Below are positions 61,922 through 64,000 of a DNA stretch of 64,000 bases, piece after piece. The stretch's first letter is position 1. Each line of letters opens with the position of its first letter. Origin of the DNA: Geosiphon pyriformis uo1 (lineage: Eukaryota > Fungi > Glomeromycota); assembly GCA_016748015.1 (NCBI GenBank), contig JAAOMT010000372.1:744001-808000 (forward strand), read 5' to 3'. A model generated the notes under the pieces. That model saw only the letters and a program-made list of their open reading frames with translations, made no database searches and was not told where the DNA came from. Position numbers and translations under genes: made by a program.

Positions 61922-64000
61922 AAAAAAACTTCTTTCTCTCGTTCATTCCAAATTCCCAAAAAGAGCCAAAAATATTTTTTGAAAGAAGTTTTTTCTATTT
62001 TCATCATTCAGTATGCTAATTCCAAACTATTTGTGCTTGATTACAAGGCTACTGTTAGCTTTAGTATTGCAGTTTTAAATAAGTCTATTATGGAGCCTGG
62101 CTTTAATATTGGTGTCAAGTCTGCTGAGTCCAGAAAGAAAAAAAAAGGTGGTGTTTTGGAAGATAATATTGGTAATAAAAAATTCATTGCTGCTAAGGTA
62201 TCAAGTAGTTATTTTTGGGATTCTAAAACTGGTAATACTACTAAATCTGATAGTGTGGATATGGAGGAGGAATGTTTAGTCGAAGAAATCAGCTTTAATC
62301 ATGGGGATGATAAAGCTTTTGCTGGAGAGAACTTAGAGCAAACACCTAAAAGTTTGAAGATTCTTATCAAGAAGATACTTGGAAAGCCACTGAAGAAAAT
62401 TAACTTCTTGGATGATGATATTAATGATATATTTTTGGACAAACCTGTGGTTTTCCCTCCCTCTTTCAAGAACTTGGTCAATGTCTCTGTTAAAAAGTCT
62501 TTTACTTTGAACATCAACTTAGAAAATATTGTTGGAAAATCTGCTCAGAAAAAGCTTGTGGTTGTCAGAAAATTGTTTTCAAAAATCAATGGTTTTGGAG
62601 AGGCCTCTACCCCCTCAAAATTTGCTGGAATTGTCAGAGCAATGTTCACTTCTGAATTGAGTTTGGCACAGGCTTCTAAAAAGGCTAAAAATGCAAAAAT
62701 CTTAGTAAACTCCAATCTCAAAAGATTATCTGGACATTCAAATCGGGCTGTGGTATTAAAAAAAATTCTTGTTGGAACATCAACTAAGGCTGTGCATGCT
62801 GTGCTATCTGGTTTTGGTATAGTAATGTTAATCAAAATACAGTTGGTGGGTTTGTGGCAGAAGGCTATAGTTGAATTTAATAAGAGTAAATAAGCTGATT
62901 TAGTCGCAGCTTGTTGGTTTATCCTGATTGAGAAAGATGCTGTGTGTGTGGCCAGGGCTGATCAAGACAAGAAATTATGAGACATAAGAGATCAACATAG
63001 GGCTTTGCTCTATACTTTGCCAATAGGAACAACTGCTTATGACATTTGAGATTATATTGGCTCTGTGGATAGAAAAACATGTGCAATAGATTATTATCCT
63101 GTTACATATGCTCAGACCAGATGTGCTGTTGTTTGTTTTGAATCAGTCAATTCCTTGAATGCTGTTATGAGAACTACTCTAGTTTTAAGAGGTGTGAATA
63201 TGCATTGGTCTCTTTTGAGTTTTTCTAAATATGCTAAGTATGGGAGATTGGGTCATATATCTTTGGGCTGTGCTGTGGATGAGAATCTTTCCTCTGGGAA
63301 ACCTTCTTGCAAACCTTTCTTAGACATGGATAAAAGCAGATTGGCAATCATCTATGCCAAGCATTCAGCTCCAATTGCTTATTCTATTGCTTTTAGTGGA
63401 GTTTCTTAAACAAAAATTGCTGGTGGAAATGGTTTTTTTTCTTTCTTTGTGCGAAAAGTGTCGATCAATTCCAGCTCCTCTTTGGAAATGAAGCCTACCC
63501 TTTCTGATATGAGTAATGTTGAAAAAAGGTTTGCTGTTTTGAAAAGCAGTCTTGCCAGCCTCGCAGGACAAATTAGTGAGTTGGCTAAGAGGTTAGACTC
63601 ATTTATGCCAGCAGTTTTCCAGTCTAGTCCTGGATGTCAGCTGTTGATGACCACTCCATCACAGAATTGGATGGGTAATGTAGTGATGGGAGAAAATTTG
63701 GGTAAGACTACAAGTGGTAAGACTGCTATGACTTTGGACTCTTCTGCTTTTCCTGAAGTAAAAAGATTGAAAAACATGTTGGAAAGACTTTTTGCTTTGG
63801 TTTTAAGTCTTATAGCAAAGTTTGATGGTTTAATTTTGGCTGGTAGTGTACTTTTTAAATCTTCTTTTCAATGACCAATCTAGTTTAGAAGATTGCCACA
63901 TACAATATTAGGGGTTTGAATAATCCTGTGAAACAAGATGATGTGATTTGTTGGCATAAAGAGATGAACAATTTGATTTTTATTGTTACTAAAACTAAGT
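61922..64000 (+). mobile_element. LINE-3, 5' portion (5' UTR, ORF1 ~62090-63874, start of ORF2 at 63871), truncated by the window
   Basis: Same 5' hairpin leader, ORF1 homology (KLFSKINGFGEASTPSKF, IKIQLVGLWQKAIVEF) and ATGA overlap into MTNLV..IAT. Confidence 0.92.

Noticed and set aside
61922-61994. Hammerhead ribozyme in the LINE 5' hairpin
   Set aside because: A GAAA next to the stem exists, but no conserved CUGANGA core or stem I is found in the three copies; an HDV-like fold is not evident by eye either.

Overview
The window is a gene-free, AT-rich eukaryotic repeat cluster. It is probably from an early-diverging fungus such as Glomeromycotina/Mucoromycota, an inference from the element types. 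It consists of nested retrotransposons decayed by C>T/G>A transitions. Gypsy element A (minus strand, cut by the window start) was interrupted by Gypsy element B (minus, 4049-33583, TSD ATAA). B in turn carries two full-length sister elements on the plus strand: C (9718-19543, TSD GTAG) and D (20940-30781, TSD GTGG). A heavily eroded Gypsy element E (~43.2-52.0 kb) contains a solo LTR, and that solo LTR contains a 62-bp LINE tail. Three RNase H-type LINEs are present: 34435-41234 (-), 54832-61613 (+) and 61922 to the window end (+). The most unusual feature is the architecture shared by B, C, D and (eroded) E. (1) The Gag reading frame opens inside the 5' LTR and reads through the PBS. (2) A single Gag-PR-Cys-rich-dUTPase-(dUTPase-like)-RT-RNaseH ORF stops right after RNase H. 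(3) Integrase is a separate ORF, in the +1 frame in B, C and D. (4) A conserved, non-Env ~240-aa ORF3 runs through the PPT into the 3' LTR. (5) In B, C and D the LTR U3 carries arrays of TTC-N2/3-GAA palindromes, phased at 20 bp in C and D. All alignments and counts were done by eye.
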